Shown here: one piece after another, positions 11,960 to 24,511 of the stretch
Numbering within the stretch: the stretch's first letter is position 1
How the letters are laid out: each line of letters opens with the position of its first letter
DNA from: an uncultured Methanosarcinaceae archaeon
GTDB lineage: Archaea; Halobacteriota; Methanosarcinia; Methanosarcinales; Methanosarcinaceae
Direction: 5' to 3'
Assembly (NCBI GenBank): GCA_963833425.1
Contig: CAWHXP010000006.1
Span: 32,001-96,000, forward strand
Length of the DNA stretch: 64,000 nt
The notes under the pieces: model-generated
Told to the model about the DNA's origin: nothing
What the model saw: only the letters and a program-made list of their open reading frames with translations
Databases searched by the model: none
Made by a program: the position numbers and the translations under genes

Positions 11960-12520
11960 AACTTCTTCTTTTTTTGCTTTATTTTCCTGAGTTTATCGCC
12001 TTTTGCTTGTCCAGGGTCTGAATGGTTAAAACTAGCGTCTAGAATCTTTTCCATTTTTATTTCCAAACCAAGATAATTAAGCGGGCTTTGCAACTATTCC
12101 CATATTTCCTCTTCTTTACAGGAATCACTAATTCTTTTTCTGAATGATCAGATTGTGGACTACAGGGTATGCACTCAGAAACCAAGAAATTACCTGAAAA
12201 AAATCAATCAATACATTGTTTTTCAAGTTCAAAATCAAAAAGACCATGCCATTGTTTTAAAGAAAGCATTTTTATCATAATGATGAAGTCGGCTTCGAGC
12301 CTGCTAGGGAACTATTCTGTTTAAATATATGGAATAAAAATGATACTAATATATCTCCAATCAATTAAGGAATCAATTTCAGAAATTTTGTACCAAACAG
12401 ACTGAAAAAAGTTGCATTTTTCTTTAAGAACAAAACTAATAAGAGTTTTCATGAGTGAAAATTATTTTAAGACATTTAAATTCTCCAATACAAATGAATA
12501 GTAGTTTATCGAAATTCTCC
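11960..12520 (-). mobile_element. Older IS5-family fragment (left end plus 5' transposase half)
   Basis: TIR gtttatcgaaattctcc at 12504-12520. Minus strand reads MKTLISFVLKE..., KMLSLKQWHG and LDASFNHSDPGQAKGDK, paralogous to the 10677 element. Confidence 0.75.
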
Positions 12521-12980
12521 TAATTATCTTGAAAAAGGTAAAGTCAAGGCTCGTATTCACATCAAAACATGAGTCGTAGTTGAATATTATTGGAAGCTTC
12601 TTCACAAAATGAATGGAAGCTTTCTAAAGTCAACATGAGTAAAATTAGTGGGAAATTGAAAAACAGAATTTTTCAATATATCTATTTATCAGTGAGGAAC
12701 CCGTACTATTTATGTGTAAAAATTAAGTTGAAGAATAAAATAATATCCAAAATGGAATTAAGTTATGAAGAATATGTAATTAATTTGAAATTGATACATT
12801 AGTTTAATTTTTGTAGTTTCGCTTCGCTCAAGGAAACTAATTTGAAAATACTTGCACATTTTTCTTACGTATCGGTATTTTCTGTGCTCATGAAAACTGA
12901 AGTGAGTTAATCAGGAACATTGAATTTTTGACTCCGAAAGCTATATTGAGAGGTAAGTTAATTACAAAGACTTCAACATC

Positions 12981-13796
12981 TCATGTTCCAATTTTAACTT
13001 GATTCAAAATTTTTTTTAGGGTGGATACTGCAGAGAGAGCTGCAAGATAGCTGGTTTTAGGGTTTTCCGGGGAAGGAAGGTTTTCGACTCTTGTGAAAAA
13101 ATTGCCGAATTCTCCTTCTACAGTAATCTCATGCACGTTTCTGGCCAGGGCAGGGTCAACAACTATTCTCACTTTAGTTCGCTCAAAGCCTATACCTGCG
13201 AGGCTTATTGTTGCTGCCACGTTTACATTTGTCGGAAAGGCTTTGACAGCGTACGAAGCAGAGCCTTCAAAAATTACAGTTTCTGTTTTGATCTTTTCAA
13301 GTTCGATTCCCATATTTGCGATATATGGAGCCCCTGAGAGACCTGAAGGAGGTTTTTTGGTGGTCAGGGTAATTGATGAAATTCCAGCTGCTGAAGCAGA
13401 ATTTATACCGTCAATACCAACAACAGCACCAGAAGGAAAATAGAGCTTGCAGTTATTCTGTTTTGAAAGTCTAAAAAGTCTTTGTCTTAGTTTCTTGTCT
13501 ACCAAAGCACCTACACTCAGGACCATCACGTCACGCCCTGCTTCAAGAGCTTGGGGCACTATCGACCTGACAGCATCTTGCGAGGCACTTTCTATGACAA
13601 GGTCTACGCTACATAGCAGTTCTTCAATCTTCATATAAGCTGGACTGTATCTTTTCAGGGAAGCTATTAGTTTAAGAGCTTTAATCTCAGAAAAGTCAAA
13701 AAGAGCATGAAGCTCCACATCAACAGCCCCATTATCAATAGCCCTGCAAATCTGGCCACCAATAAATCCGCAACCTATAATTCCTATTTTCAGCAT
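12981..13796 (-). CDS. nadX: L-aspartate dehydrogenase (NAD biosynthesis)
   Basis: Rossmann GIIGCGFIG, SVGAL, PSGAVVGID, FPTNVNVAAT, NPKTSYLAALS. Confidence 0.95.
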   Translation of the reverse strand: MLKIGIIGCGFIGGQICRAIDNGAVDVELHALFDFSEIKALKLIASLKRYSPAYMKIEELLCSVDLVIESASQDAVRSIVPQALEAGRDVMVLSVGALVDKKLRQRLFRLSKQNNCKLYFPSGAVVGIDGINSASAAGISSITLTTKKPPSGLSGAPYIANMGIELEKIKTETVIFEGSASYAVKAFPTNVNVAATISLAGIGFERTKVRIVVDPALARNVHEITVEGEFGNFFTRVENLPSPENPKTSYLAALSAVSTLKKILNQVKIGT

Positions 13797-14206
13797 TCCA
13801 AACTCCGTATGAATAATAAATATGTTTGGCCATTATTTTTAATACCAACTTTCATAATTAAGGAGATCTTTTTTCTGGGATTTTGATTTTTGCAGTCTTT
13901 GGATGAAGTAAATGATGACGAATTTTTGCGATCCCAGAAAATACTAAAAAATTTCCAATTTAGATGTCGGAGTACTTGTATTCTTTTCCCCTCCTTAAAT
14001 ATTTTGTTGCTGAGCATTTTCATCCATTCATTACTTCTGGAGTGTAGAGGATCCAGAATCCCTGCCCTTTAGATTGGAAATTAGTAAACCTTCAACTCTT
14101 TTTATTTTAGTCCAAACCTCTAAATCACGTCTCTTTATAAAGTGATTTTGTTTTTGGTACAATTGTCAGAGTGTAATATGCATTGAAATTTAATAGCTTT
14201 AGCCAT
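13790..14206 (-). pseudogene. Decayed hypothetical gene immediately upstream of nadX
   Basis: Protein-like fragments in shifting frames (MAKAIKF, RVEGLLISNLKGRD, RSNEWMKMLSNKIFKEG, YKYSDI*IGNFLVFSGIAKIR). Confidence 0.4.
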
Positions 14207-14833
14207 GATTATGACCAGGTAATCTATACATGGTATTGACGCCTAAGTATCAATAACAATATATACTGCAACAATAAAATTAAAAGTGATTTATAGCGTC
14301 TACCTTTGCCACCATTTGCACGTAGCAGGGCTACAAGGTTCAAGGTATGGAAGTTTGTAGATGATAATGTTCACTGACTCCTGGAACTCCATCCAAGAAA
14401 CTCTTTACCAGAGATAGTTCATACTTGAAGGAGGTAGTTATCACATACTTTTTAAATATTATCCTAATTGGAATAACTATATTTTGATGGGGTCCTATAA
14501 TCAAATAGTACGCCTTATCCACCCTTTTGAGATGTGACCTCTGACAAAATAATAACATCATATTATGGAATCTCATCGAGAGCTGAAAGTAGAGCTATAA
14601 GTCATCTTGATTAAAGGGAAGTGGTCAAAAAAGAAATAAGGATTTATGAGTCTATGTAAACCTAGATAGGGGCTTTAAGAATATTCTTTTCTTTAGATTT
14701 AGGTGACTGCACGCAGTTTGACCCATAAAGTTTCCCCAGCTCTTTGTTTAACTCATGTTAACATTAAAAGTATGTAGAAAAACATCCATATACTTTATGA
14801 ATTTGAGTAGCATAAAGTAGCTGGGTAACGTCC

Positions 14834-15658
14834 ATGTTTATCAAAGATGTTGAAAACTTTATCGAAGAAGATATGGGGTACGATGACGTCTCGTGTACTA
14901 TTGTGCCGAACATATCTGCGATAGCTATTATTTCTACAAAAGAGGATTGTATTGTTGCCGGGATTAAAGAAGCTGAGTCAATTTTCTGCTATTTTGGAAT
15001 TCAGTCTGAAACAACCCTTCAGGATGGAGATAGTCTCAAAAAGGGAGATATAATTTTCAAGCTAAATGGAAGGGCAGTGTCCATTCTTAGGGCAGAGAGG
15101 CTTACATTGAATTTCCTTAGCCATCTTAGTGGGATCGCAACTCTTACCCGGGCTTGCGTGGATATAGTAAGGAAGCATTCAGACACTACAAGGGTGGCAT
15201 GTACTAGAAAAACCACACCAGGCTTAAGAAAATTCGAAAAAATGGCTGTAGTTGCGGGTGGGGGTGATCCTCATAGGTTTAACCTTTCAGACTTAGTCAT
15301 GATTAAAGACAACCACTTAAAACTAATGGGACTTGAAGCTGCAATTAAAGCGTCCAGAAAAACCAGCTTCACTCGTAAAATAGAAGTCGAGGTGGAGTCT
15401 TCAGAAGATGCTTTGCTTGCCGCTAAACTCAGAGCTGATATCATCATGTTGGATAACATGCAACCTGAAAAAATTCTAGAAACTCTCGAGCTACTTAAGG
15501 AAAAAGGTCTTAGAGATTCAGTAATTATTGAAGCATCTGGAAAGATTTCTCAGGCAAACCTTGAAATTTATGCCAAAACAGGGGTAGATGTTATATCTAT
15601 GGGTTCTCTTGTCCATAAATCAAGATGGATAGATATTAATCTGGAAATGCTAGATTAG
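14834..15658 (+). CDS. nadC: Nicotinate-nucleotide pyrophosphorylase (quinolinate phosphoribosyltransferase)
   Basis: AERLTLNFL, TRKTTPGLR, HRFNLSD, IKDNH, EVEVE, IMLDN, EASG motifs. Confidence 0.97.
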   Translation: MFIKDVENFIEEDMGYDDVSCTIVPNISAIAIISTKEDCIVAGIKEAESIFCYFGIQSETTLQDGDSLKKGDIIFKLNGRAVSILRAERLTLNFLSHLSGIATLTRACVDIVRKHSDTTRVACTRKTTPGLRKFEKMAVVAGGGDPHRFNLSDLVMIKDNHLKLMGLEAAIKASRKTSFTRKIEVEVESSEDALLAAKLRADIIMLDNMQPEKILETLELLKEKGLRDSVIIEASGKISQANLEIYAKTGVDVISMGSLVHKSRWIDINLEMLD

Positions 15659-18223
15659 GAATCATTATTAGAAAACATTAGCCAAGAAAATCCCAAGTTT
15701 ATTTTGCTTAAGAGCATTTCAACAAGACTCTTGTTTTCCAGAGTCACTTATATACTGGTAATAAACATATGACGAAATTAGAGAGTTGATTAGATTCTCT
15801 TCAAAAATTTGCTTTCGATTGATTAAGCAAGATTTTCTGTAGTCTCACATGTTTATTTTTATTATATTCTAAATTTTCCTAAACATTTAAGAGAAAAAAC
15901 ATCATCTACAACCTTATTTTCATTTTTGTAATCTCTTCCACAAAATTTAACATCTTAGAATTCGCGAATAAAAATTATGCATAATCTCCACAAAACTATT
16001 TCGTAATCTTTTCTGAATATATTTTAATTTAGATATTTCTTAAATTCATTTCTTGTAGCATTTTCTGTTACCATGCCGTTTTTTTCTCGGGTTATGTGGG
16101 GCAGCAATAACTCATAGATTAAAGAACTTAAGCTTTCTAATTAAGGATTTTCATACCAATTTTGTTTGATACATAATATTATTTGCATCTGTTTGTTAGA
16201 ACTGGCATAAATACCTACACTGTTTACAATTATCGTTTGCTATTAGTTCGAAATTAATTAAGATTTCTATCTTAAAATCTCAAATATGCTATTTCTTCTG
16301 TGCCCCTACAAGACGTTACTGGAATTTTATGAAAAAGTTGTAATTTTCTGGATTTGGCATATAAATATTGAGTTTTTGGTTCTGTATAGCCTCTTCTATG
16401 TGGTCTTCGGAGGATATTATATTTTTTATGAAGTATAAAAACTCAAATCTATAGAGCACGTTCAGGTTTATTGTAGTAAGCTTTTTACATTGACCAATCA
16501 GGTACTATTGCGCTCTGAGCATCCAAATTTTTGTAAAAATAACCGTTCATTTTCAATACCTTAGTTTTTCCTAATGTCAGACTTAATTGATTAAAGTTTC
16601 AATATTTCAATCCTAAAAAGACATCAACCCACTTAGTATCTAGGCCTTTCTATCCAGCTTACTGTCACCATTTCAAATGTGCAATAGCTAAAATAAACCG
16701 GAATCGGCCACTTATAAGCTCAAGGTAAGGTTTTCATAGATGGATTGGAGAAGCTAGCTACCATAAAATCGACCCTAACGTCGCTAAATTAATTGGATTT
16801 TACAAAAAACAGGGTGTATTTAGTTAGATTAATGGTTTAGACTGAATATTTGGTAAATGGTTGAGTGATCTGAGAGGGATCTTAATAGTGATTATGATTG
16901 TGATAAAGAACAGGTAGGTTTCTGTCGAATGTTTGGGAGTAGCTGTTTATTTGATAATTTCCCGCTAATTACGACCTTTTTCCACGAATTATTTGATTTA
17001 TTTCGGAATTATTTGGCACTATTATTCCGTTTCTTGATTTAATTTTGGTATTTATTAGTCATTTATGCTTATATTAACAATTATTCGAGAATTAATTTTG
17101 AAGAAAACAAGTAAATTTGTACTGATCTAAAAAATAAAAACGCCCAAGTAAATGAAAAAAAATTAAAAAAGCATAGTAAAACTTAATAAATATTTTTGAT
17201 ATCAACTTTTGATTTTTGCAGTGTATCTAAAATTTCGTAATTTCCTATTAACCCATACCCTTTTCGTTACCACAAAAAATAAGATTTACTTTGTTTACTG
17301 ATACATATATTTTATAGAAAAAAACCTATGCGTGTACAAAAAATAAAAAGGTTTTTTAATCCATGATTTAAAGAGAAATAATCGTTTTTGTGTCAAAATA
17401 TCAGCATTTTCTCAGCTTAATCCAAATGAACATTTTTAGCAATTTCATTGGAGTTATCAAGTACTAATTTATCTCCAAATCTCAAACCAACTTCATTCAT
17501 TTATTCAAATATTCTCTTCAAGAGTGTGGTATTCGTTGAAAAACAATGGTGAATCCGTGCCTTGAATTCACTATCAATAATCGAACCCATTCAGTAGTAC
17601 CCAATAACTTCATAAAATATATCTTGACGATACATTATTATTTTATCAAATTAGTTGTAAGGTTTCATGTTAATGAATTCATTTTTAATTTTTTTGATTT
17701 ATAGTCAAGTATGTGCATTATTTATAGTATATTTAACTCAGATAATATATGAAATGCGTGTAAAAAATAAGATATGTGATTTAACTGAAACTTCAATTTT
17801 ATTTGCATGTTCCTTATTAGTAAAATTGTAAGCTTGTTTTTCGATTAAATAATAGATATTATAGGAACTTTTTAGAATTTGCCTATGGCTTCAAATACTT
17901 TTTTGCATTTATTTGGATGTAATCGATAGAAACTTGTATATTCATATAAGCTGTGAAATATCCTAGTTTTCAAACAATCGACAGAAAAAAAAAAAATGCT
18001 AAAATATTATTTACTTCTCATAGCACTACCTATCAAAATCCTATAAAAATGTGATTTCTTAAAAAGCAGTGAATTTCTAACTAATATAACATTAGTTATG
18101 GGAACGGCTCAATCAATGGCAGACTGGAAAATCTCGATTATTCTAATTTTTACTTCCGGCCCTAAGTAAGTTTTTTTGCAAATATTTGTAAGTACTATTC
18201 AGAGGTTTACGAAGTATACACAG

Positions 18224-19360
18224 TTATTTCATGCACTTATTTAGAAATGCAAATACTTTCTCCATATTTTCAGCAGTTCCGAATGGAAATCCACTGTAGC
18301 GTGTTCCGTTAAGTAAAGTAACTGGTACGCCCCCGTGGCCTGCTCCGTCAAGTAATGAAAGGGTTACTTTATCCTGTCCGATTTTTTTTATGATGCAGCA
18401 GCAAGGTCAATAGATTGCTGTGTTGGAATTATTGAATCCAGTATGCTGTGCTGAATCAAAATGGGGGACACTCTGTAGTGATATAAGTTGTAGGGTCTGC
18501 CTGTTTACACAGGTTAGACACCTCTGAGAGATTTTGCCCTAAATATTTTGATGGAAAAGAATATTTAGTATTGTAAATTTGAACCCCCTGTACTTTTTCT
18601 CTAATTCCACTTTCTTTGAATTGTTTATCCATAACACAGAAATTTGTAGGCCCATACCAATCGACTACTGCTGTGACATTATCGGAAACTTTTGAGTTGC
18701 TGAGAGAGGTATCATAGCAATTGTTTGTGCCACCAGTTGTGGCCTGTAAGGACAGCAAGATTCCCACCTACGGAACTGCCCCATAGGGCAATCTTATCAG
18801 GATTTAAATTATATTGAAAGGCATTAACTTTACTAAAACGAATAGCTACTTTTGCATCGTTTATTGCCGTTGGGAATTTAGCTTCGCTACTCAAACGATA
18901 ATCAACAGTCACCACTGTATAACCTTGATTTAAGCCGTGAAGCATATGAGCTGTATATTCTTTACTCTTAGTGCCCTCAAAAAATCCCTCTCCATGAAAT
19001 GCTATAATCACAGGAAAAGGACCTTTCCCTTCATTTGGCAGATATATATCAAGTTTTTGTGTCTCTGATTTAGTAGCATAAGCGATATCAGTGAATTTAT
19101 TTTTAATGCTTGGTGGTCGTGATGTTTGGTCTCCGCATTCACATGTTTGTTTGCTAACGTTCAAGTTGCTTTATTGTCCCATTTACGAAACCACGATCTG
19201 CATTTTCATTATAGTTTTTGTTGAAAGCCTCCTTATTAAAGCTCTCTTTTCCATCCCAGTAATTAGCTGTACTTACTGTAATCGTTACGGATGCTATAAC
19301 AAAGACTGCAAATAAAATACTCAGTGTAATTTTTATTCTGCCAAAGATTTGTTTTCCCAT
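18224..19360 (-). pseudogene. Secreted alpha/beta-hydrolase (HSL-like esterase), multiply frameshifted
   Basis: Signal peptide, QKLDIYLP, HGEGF (HGGG), VDYRLS, GSSVGG nucleophile elbow, VVDWYGP, PPF*IQHS and GAGHGG spread over three or more frames. Confidence 0.85.
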
Positions 19361-19915
19361 TCAAAGACCCACCACAAAAGTGCAAGAATTTAAATATTCG
19401 TAAAAATGGCTAAATTTTTAGCGAGTACAATTTTACGACTGTTGAAATTTTAATTCGCTTATCAGTGGTAAATGAACTACAAAAATGCGATAATCAAATT
19501 TGGAAATCTAGATAGAGTTCTTAAAGATAATTACAATTATAAACTCGGAAACTAGGAGATATATTCAAATAATTGTTATTTGATGTAGATATTATTCAAT
19601 TTAATATCAAATTATATAATCTATAGGGAAGTGTGTGTACTTATCTGTATTTAGTACCTATAAACAAAACAGCAGTGCACTGAACAGTTCTGCAAATTCT
19701 AAATGACTCTGTATCCTTTTTTCCACTACACAGATATGATGTAAATTATAATTACACTAACAGAAATTATTTGTTTATTGTTTTTATTGATGCATAGTTT
19801 TTGTAAGAAAAACGATGTATTTTCTCATTTTTCGGTCGAAATATATATTGCGACGGAAAGCAAAAATCTTGCTACATTTATCCAGCGAAGGATAAAAATA
19901 ATGAAAATTATGTAA

Positions 19916-20269
19916 CTATTTAACCTGCAAATCATATCTATTTAATCTATTTAGAGTAACACCTTTACTTTTCAAAGCTTCTGAATTCCGGGGGTTAATT
20001 TCAATTGCTTTATCAAATGCTCTTACTGCTTCATTTAATTTATTTAATTTATATAGAGCGAGTCCTTTACTGTACCAAGTTAGTGAATTCTGCGAGTTAA
20101 TTTCAATTGCTTTGTCAAATGCCGTTATTGCTTCTTCATGCTTGTTTAAAATAATTAGAGCAAGTCCTTTACCATACCAAGCTAAGGAATCATGCTGTTT
20201 GGTTTCAATCGAGTTGTGAAACGCTTGTTTTTGCATTAAATACCCATCACAAGTTAGTTTTTGAAACAT
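19916..20269 (-). CDS. Short TPR-repeat protein, probably truncated
   Basis: 34-aa TPR units AWYGKGLAL..LNKHEEAITAFDKAIEIN. Confidence 0.75.
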   Translation of the reverse strand: MFQKLTCDGYLMQKQAFHNSIETKQHDSLAWYGKGLALIILNKHEEAITAFDKAIEINSQNSLTWYSKGLALYKLNKLNEAVRAFDKAIEINPRNSEALKSKGVTLNRLNRYDLQVK

Positions 20270-21075
20270 ATTGTGTTGTAAATTCTCTTCTTTTTTACTT
20301 GCTGATGATGAACATATCTATATGTATTTATTTTTGTCGCGAGTTTGACGAATTCATGGAAGGAATAAAATCCATCGAAAATTTTCGGCTTAAAACGGCA
20401 ACATTACCACCCAATCAAGCTCATTAAAAAAATTGGATGAAAGGGTGGAAGAGTTGTCTCTACTGTTCGCCCAAATGCAATCACTTCGAATATATACCAG
20501 CACAAGTATGTTTTAATTCGAAATAAGACAAACACCTTCCAAGCAGTCCCACTTTATCGTTTATTGATCTCTGTTTATGGTCTATTCGGTCTACTCTACG
20601 ATATACAATCATCCTCGTAGTTATTTTAAATTAATTACGCAAAAAATAGTTTCTGAACGAAAAATAATCCAATATAAAAATTTTCACAATCAAATAACAA
20701 TTAAATATTAATAATGATTTTTTATTATTTCCTAAATCTTCAGGATTTAACATTAACTTTTTCCTAAAACAGCAAAGAATATTGGATCCTAGATTAAATA
20801 TTAAATTTGAAAATTTCAGAATATAATTAGAACATCATTAATATAAAATGATTTTTGGATTTTAAAATATACTATTTGGGAGTAAATTTTATCCAGTAAC
20901 TATTTTTGGCATAATTTATTTAAATGACTAACAAGCTCAGTGAGTATCATAGTTCATTAAAATTTGTTGGTGTAAGAATGATAGATATCAACCAACTAAT
21001 TTTTGGTAACTTGAATTGATTTAGCCTCAAAATGTAAATTTAAACAATACTATCGATGAAGGGAGATATCAAAAC

Positions 21076-21300
21076 ATGTGTGAAGAACATTCCATAGTAG
21101 GCAAGGGTCCAATAATGCAGACTGCGATAACTGATGTAGGAACTTCTGACTGAAGAACAGAAAAAGAAAGTTTCAGTAATGAGAATGGATATGATAATAC
21201 AATGGATGGAAGTAAATATCCATGATATGGAAAAGATCATCGAAATAAAAAAAAGAATATATAGATGATATTCAAAAGGGTAAGGAAATGATTCGACAAG
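21076..21300 (+). pseudogene. Small Met-rich helical protein pseudogene (copy 1)
   Basis: MCEEHSIVGKGPIMQTA, frameshift, then M*ELLTEEQKKKVSVMRMDMIIQWMEVNIHDMEKIIEIKK; preceded by an RBS-like gggagat. Confidence 0.6.
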
Positions 21301-22227
21301 GCAAATACGTTCATTAAAGAATGATATCATAATTTAGGCTATAAAGAAATTATCTAAAATAACAAATTTCCATAATTAATCAATAGCCTTCAAATATTAC
21401 ATTTTTCTATTTTTGGGGAAATATTGCATATTAGTTAAAGATATCTATTAAAAGACTAACTAATTTGATGCACAAGTTCGTCTTCCAAAAGTTAAAATTG
21501 AGACGTTGATGGCCCTTTGGCAAAACAAATTCAAAATTTATTCGCCTTTTTTGTGATTATAGCAACCTTGGCAGCATCGGCAGCAGTGACAGCAGCAGTA
21601 ATTTGCAAGATGAAAGAATACTATGCTAGTCGTAAAAATAAAGACAAGAACAAAATGATATAGATTTTCCATACCTTCCTATACTTTTAATTTTGAAGTT
21701 TGAGCACTTGGAATCAAAAATCAAGTGCAATAGAGATTTCTATTTTAAGTCAGTGGTATACTATTTTAAGATTTCATATAATTTCAGGTATAAAGATCCA
21801 TATCATTAGTTCGATCGCATGAGTCCGATTCAATGATAATTGCTAAATGCATAAATTTTGTTATAAACTCTCTGATTTATGAGAGCTGAATCTATTCATA
21901 ATTGTATGATTATAACGAGAATTCATTCAGGTTCTTCAAAACGGGCAGGATATTCTTCTTCCAATAGAATGAGAAGCTCTTCACCTAATTTTGTTTAGGA
22001 GTCAATATTTACCATTGTTTAGAATTATAATATATATTCGGTTAGAATACCTTAATATAGTATATTAATTTATTATAGTCTGTATAGATTAATATAACCA
22101 TATATATTTAAGATCAGAATTTTATAGTTTTATAATATCGATTTAAATTGGGGTCTAAAAGTCCGAATTTATGAAAAAATGTATAAAATTATCAATTCTA
22201 AAATTTAGTTATAGGAGTGAAAAATTA

Positions 22228-23190
22228 ATGGTTGAAAATTTTTATGTTGATAGAAAACAAAAATCAAGTGATAAAAATATGGTATTTGAAGAATTTAATA
22301 AATTATTTGAAAATTTCATTGGAAAAAGTAGTAATGTTCAGGATTTAGAGCATTTTGAAATCTCTGGAACTGAAAAAATTGCCTTTGGCAACGTAGTTAC
22401 AACAGAAAGTGGTGAATACACCGAAAAGCTACAAGAACAATATAAGAAGCATAATCAACTTTACCAGAAAGTGATAACCGTCTCTCAACTGAAAGGACCA
22501 GGAAAAGAAGAATTTATAGAAAAAGCTCTTGACTTTGCTTGCAATATTCAATATGGAGATTTAAGGGCCCAGGTACTTTCCATGCTTGTTCCGATTCTAG
22601 ATGGGCCAAAAAAAGTAGAATTTATAGAAAAGGTCCTTTATTTTTCGTCTAATATTCAAGATGAAAAAGAAAGATTCCTTGTTCTTTCTTCACTTGTCCG
22701 TCATTTTAGTGAGTATGACAAAGAAGAATTCATTGAACATATTTTGGACTTCTCTTCTCAAATTCAATATGATGATGCAAAGTTTCAGATTCTCTCTTCG
22801 TTTGTTCCGCATCTTCACGGATCAAAGAATGAAGCAATTATGGATAAAGCCCTTGAGCTAGTATCCGGGCTTATGTCTGAATATCAAAAAATAGAGTCTT
22901 TTTCTCTCCTTCTTCCATATATGGATGAGCAAAGAAAAAAAGAAATTTCAGAACAGGCTCTTGAATTAGCTTTCAATCTTAAAGATAAAGGCATGAAGGT
23001 ACAGGCTCTCTCAGGTATTATTCCTTATCTGGATAAATCCAAACAAAATGAAATTAGTGCGAAAGTTATTTATCTTAAATGCATGGGTCGATCTAAATAT
23101 CTTCAAAGGGGAGCCGCTGCTCTTCTGCGAAGATTAGAGACTCTTTCTTCTCTGGCTCCATATTTGGATGTCTCTTGCACTGTATCCTGA
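22228..23190 (+). CDS. Alpha-solenoid (HEAT/ARM-like) repeat protein, likely C-terminally truncated
   Basis: About 36-aa repeats EEFIEKALDFACNIQYGDLRAQVLSMLVPILDGPKK; RBS aggagtga upstream of ATG 22228; an out-of-frame repeat fragment follows the stop. Confidence 0.7.
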   Translation: MVENFYVDRKQKSSDKNMVFEEFNKLFENFIGKSSNVQDLEHFEISGTEKIAFGNVVTTESGEYTEKLQEQYKKHNQLYQKVITVSQLKGPGKEEFIEKALDFACNIQYGDLRAQVLSMLVPILDGPKKVEFIEKVLYFSSNIQDEKERFLVLSSLVRHFSEYDKEEFIEHILDFSSQIQYDDAKFQILSSFVPHLHGSKNEAIMDKALELVSGLMSEYQKIESFSLLLPYMDEQRKKEISEQALELAFNLKDKGMKVQALSGIIPYLDKSKQNEISAKVIYLKCMGRSKYLQRGAAALLRRLETLSSLAPYLDVSCTVS

Positions 23191-23657
23191 TAAACCAGGA
23201 AAAGAAACATTAAAGGCTTAGTTTACTGACTACACAGTTCTCCATCGAATAATTGATTTTGATGATAAAGTAAGCAGATTGAAAGATTCAAAATAATTTT
23301 CTGTCAGAAAAATTTGATTCGGAAGCGTACAAAAAATTTTGTAAAATATAATCGGAGAAGAATCAATGGTTATAACAACGCTTCTTTCTTTTTTATTTTC
23401 ACTGATATATAGTTTTTGTATCAAAATCTATATTTTTTCTCATTTTTAAGCCGAAATAGTACACATTTACCTGATTGTGCAGGGAAGCATTATTTTTTTA
23501 TTAAAATATATTTTATGTTAAAAAGCCAAAAAATTGCTATATTTATCCGAAAAAAATTAGCCTTTGTAGGCCTACATGAATGATTACAGGAATTTGCTAT
23601 TTGAGATAATTTGTACAGGACCAAATTTTATTTCACATTCTGTGTAATTTATTTTTG

Positions 23658-23880
23658 TTATTCGAGCATTTCATAAACTTTTTTAATATCAGCTATATAT
23701 TCTTTTTTTTATTTCGATCATCTTTTCCATATCATGGATATTTACTTCCATCCATTGTATTATCATATCCATTCTCATTACTGAAACTTTCTTTTTCTGT
23801 TCTTCAGTCAGAAGTTCCTACATCATTTATCGCAGTTTCCATTATTGGACCCTTGCCTACTATTGGATGTTCTTGCACAT
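23658..23880 (-). pseudogene. Small Met-rich helical protein pseudogene (copy 2)
   Basis: Inverted copy of 21076-21300 with the same internal TAG; ends IADIKKVYEMLE*. Confidence 0.6.
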
Positions 23881-24511
23881 GTTTAAATATCTCCTCCGTT
23901 GATAATATTTTTTGAATTTACACTTTATGAGTAGCCAAAATATTAGTATATTTCAATCTCCGATTTCAATAAATTGTTTATAAAGGCTATATAAGCAATT
24001 TGTCGCAACCAGATGTTTATTACTCCCCAATATTATTTTTAACTAATTATACAATAATTGTTTCTAAATAAAATTTACGTTCCAATAAAATATTTTAAAA
24101 CAAAAAAAATTATAATTAATATTTAATTAATTTTTTGATTATGAAAATTTTTATATTAGATTATTTTTCTTTTATAAATTATTTTTTGTATAAATTATTT
24201 AAAATAATTGCTGGGATAAATGTATATTGTAGAGTAAACCGAATAGACCATAAACAGAGATCGATAACCGATAAAGTGGAATTGCTTGGAAGGTGTTTGT
24301 CTTATTTCGAATTAAAACATACTTGTGCTGGTATATATTCGAAGTGACTGCATTTGGGCGAACATTAGAGACAACTCTTCCACCCTTTCATCCAATTTTT
24401 TTAATGAGCTTGATTGGGTGATAATCTTAGAGCTTTAAGCTAAACCCCCCTATACCCCCCTATGGATCTTAAAAAAATGGAATGAAAAAATAAATATGGA
24501 GTACGTATCTA

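Larger units (their letters stand above)
19770..21300. repeat. Left arm of large imperfect inverted duplication (right arm 23658-24945)
   Basis: 20404-20614 matches the reverse complement of 24213-24424 with few mismatches; 21132-21237 is identical to the reverse complement of 23720-23825; TPR genes are mirror-oriented. Confidence 0.9.

Noticed and set aside
15880..16950. Possible reverse-transcriptase, restriction or GNAT remnant
   Set aside because: Protein-like fragments are present but no diagnostic motif such as YxDD could be read; unassignable without a search
24445..24462. Poly-C tracts (cccccctatacccccctat) as a phase-variation switch
   Set aside because: Runs are only 6-7 nt, absent from the mirror arm, and there is no evidence of length variation
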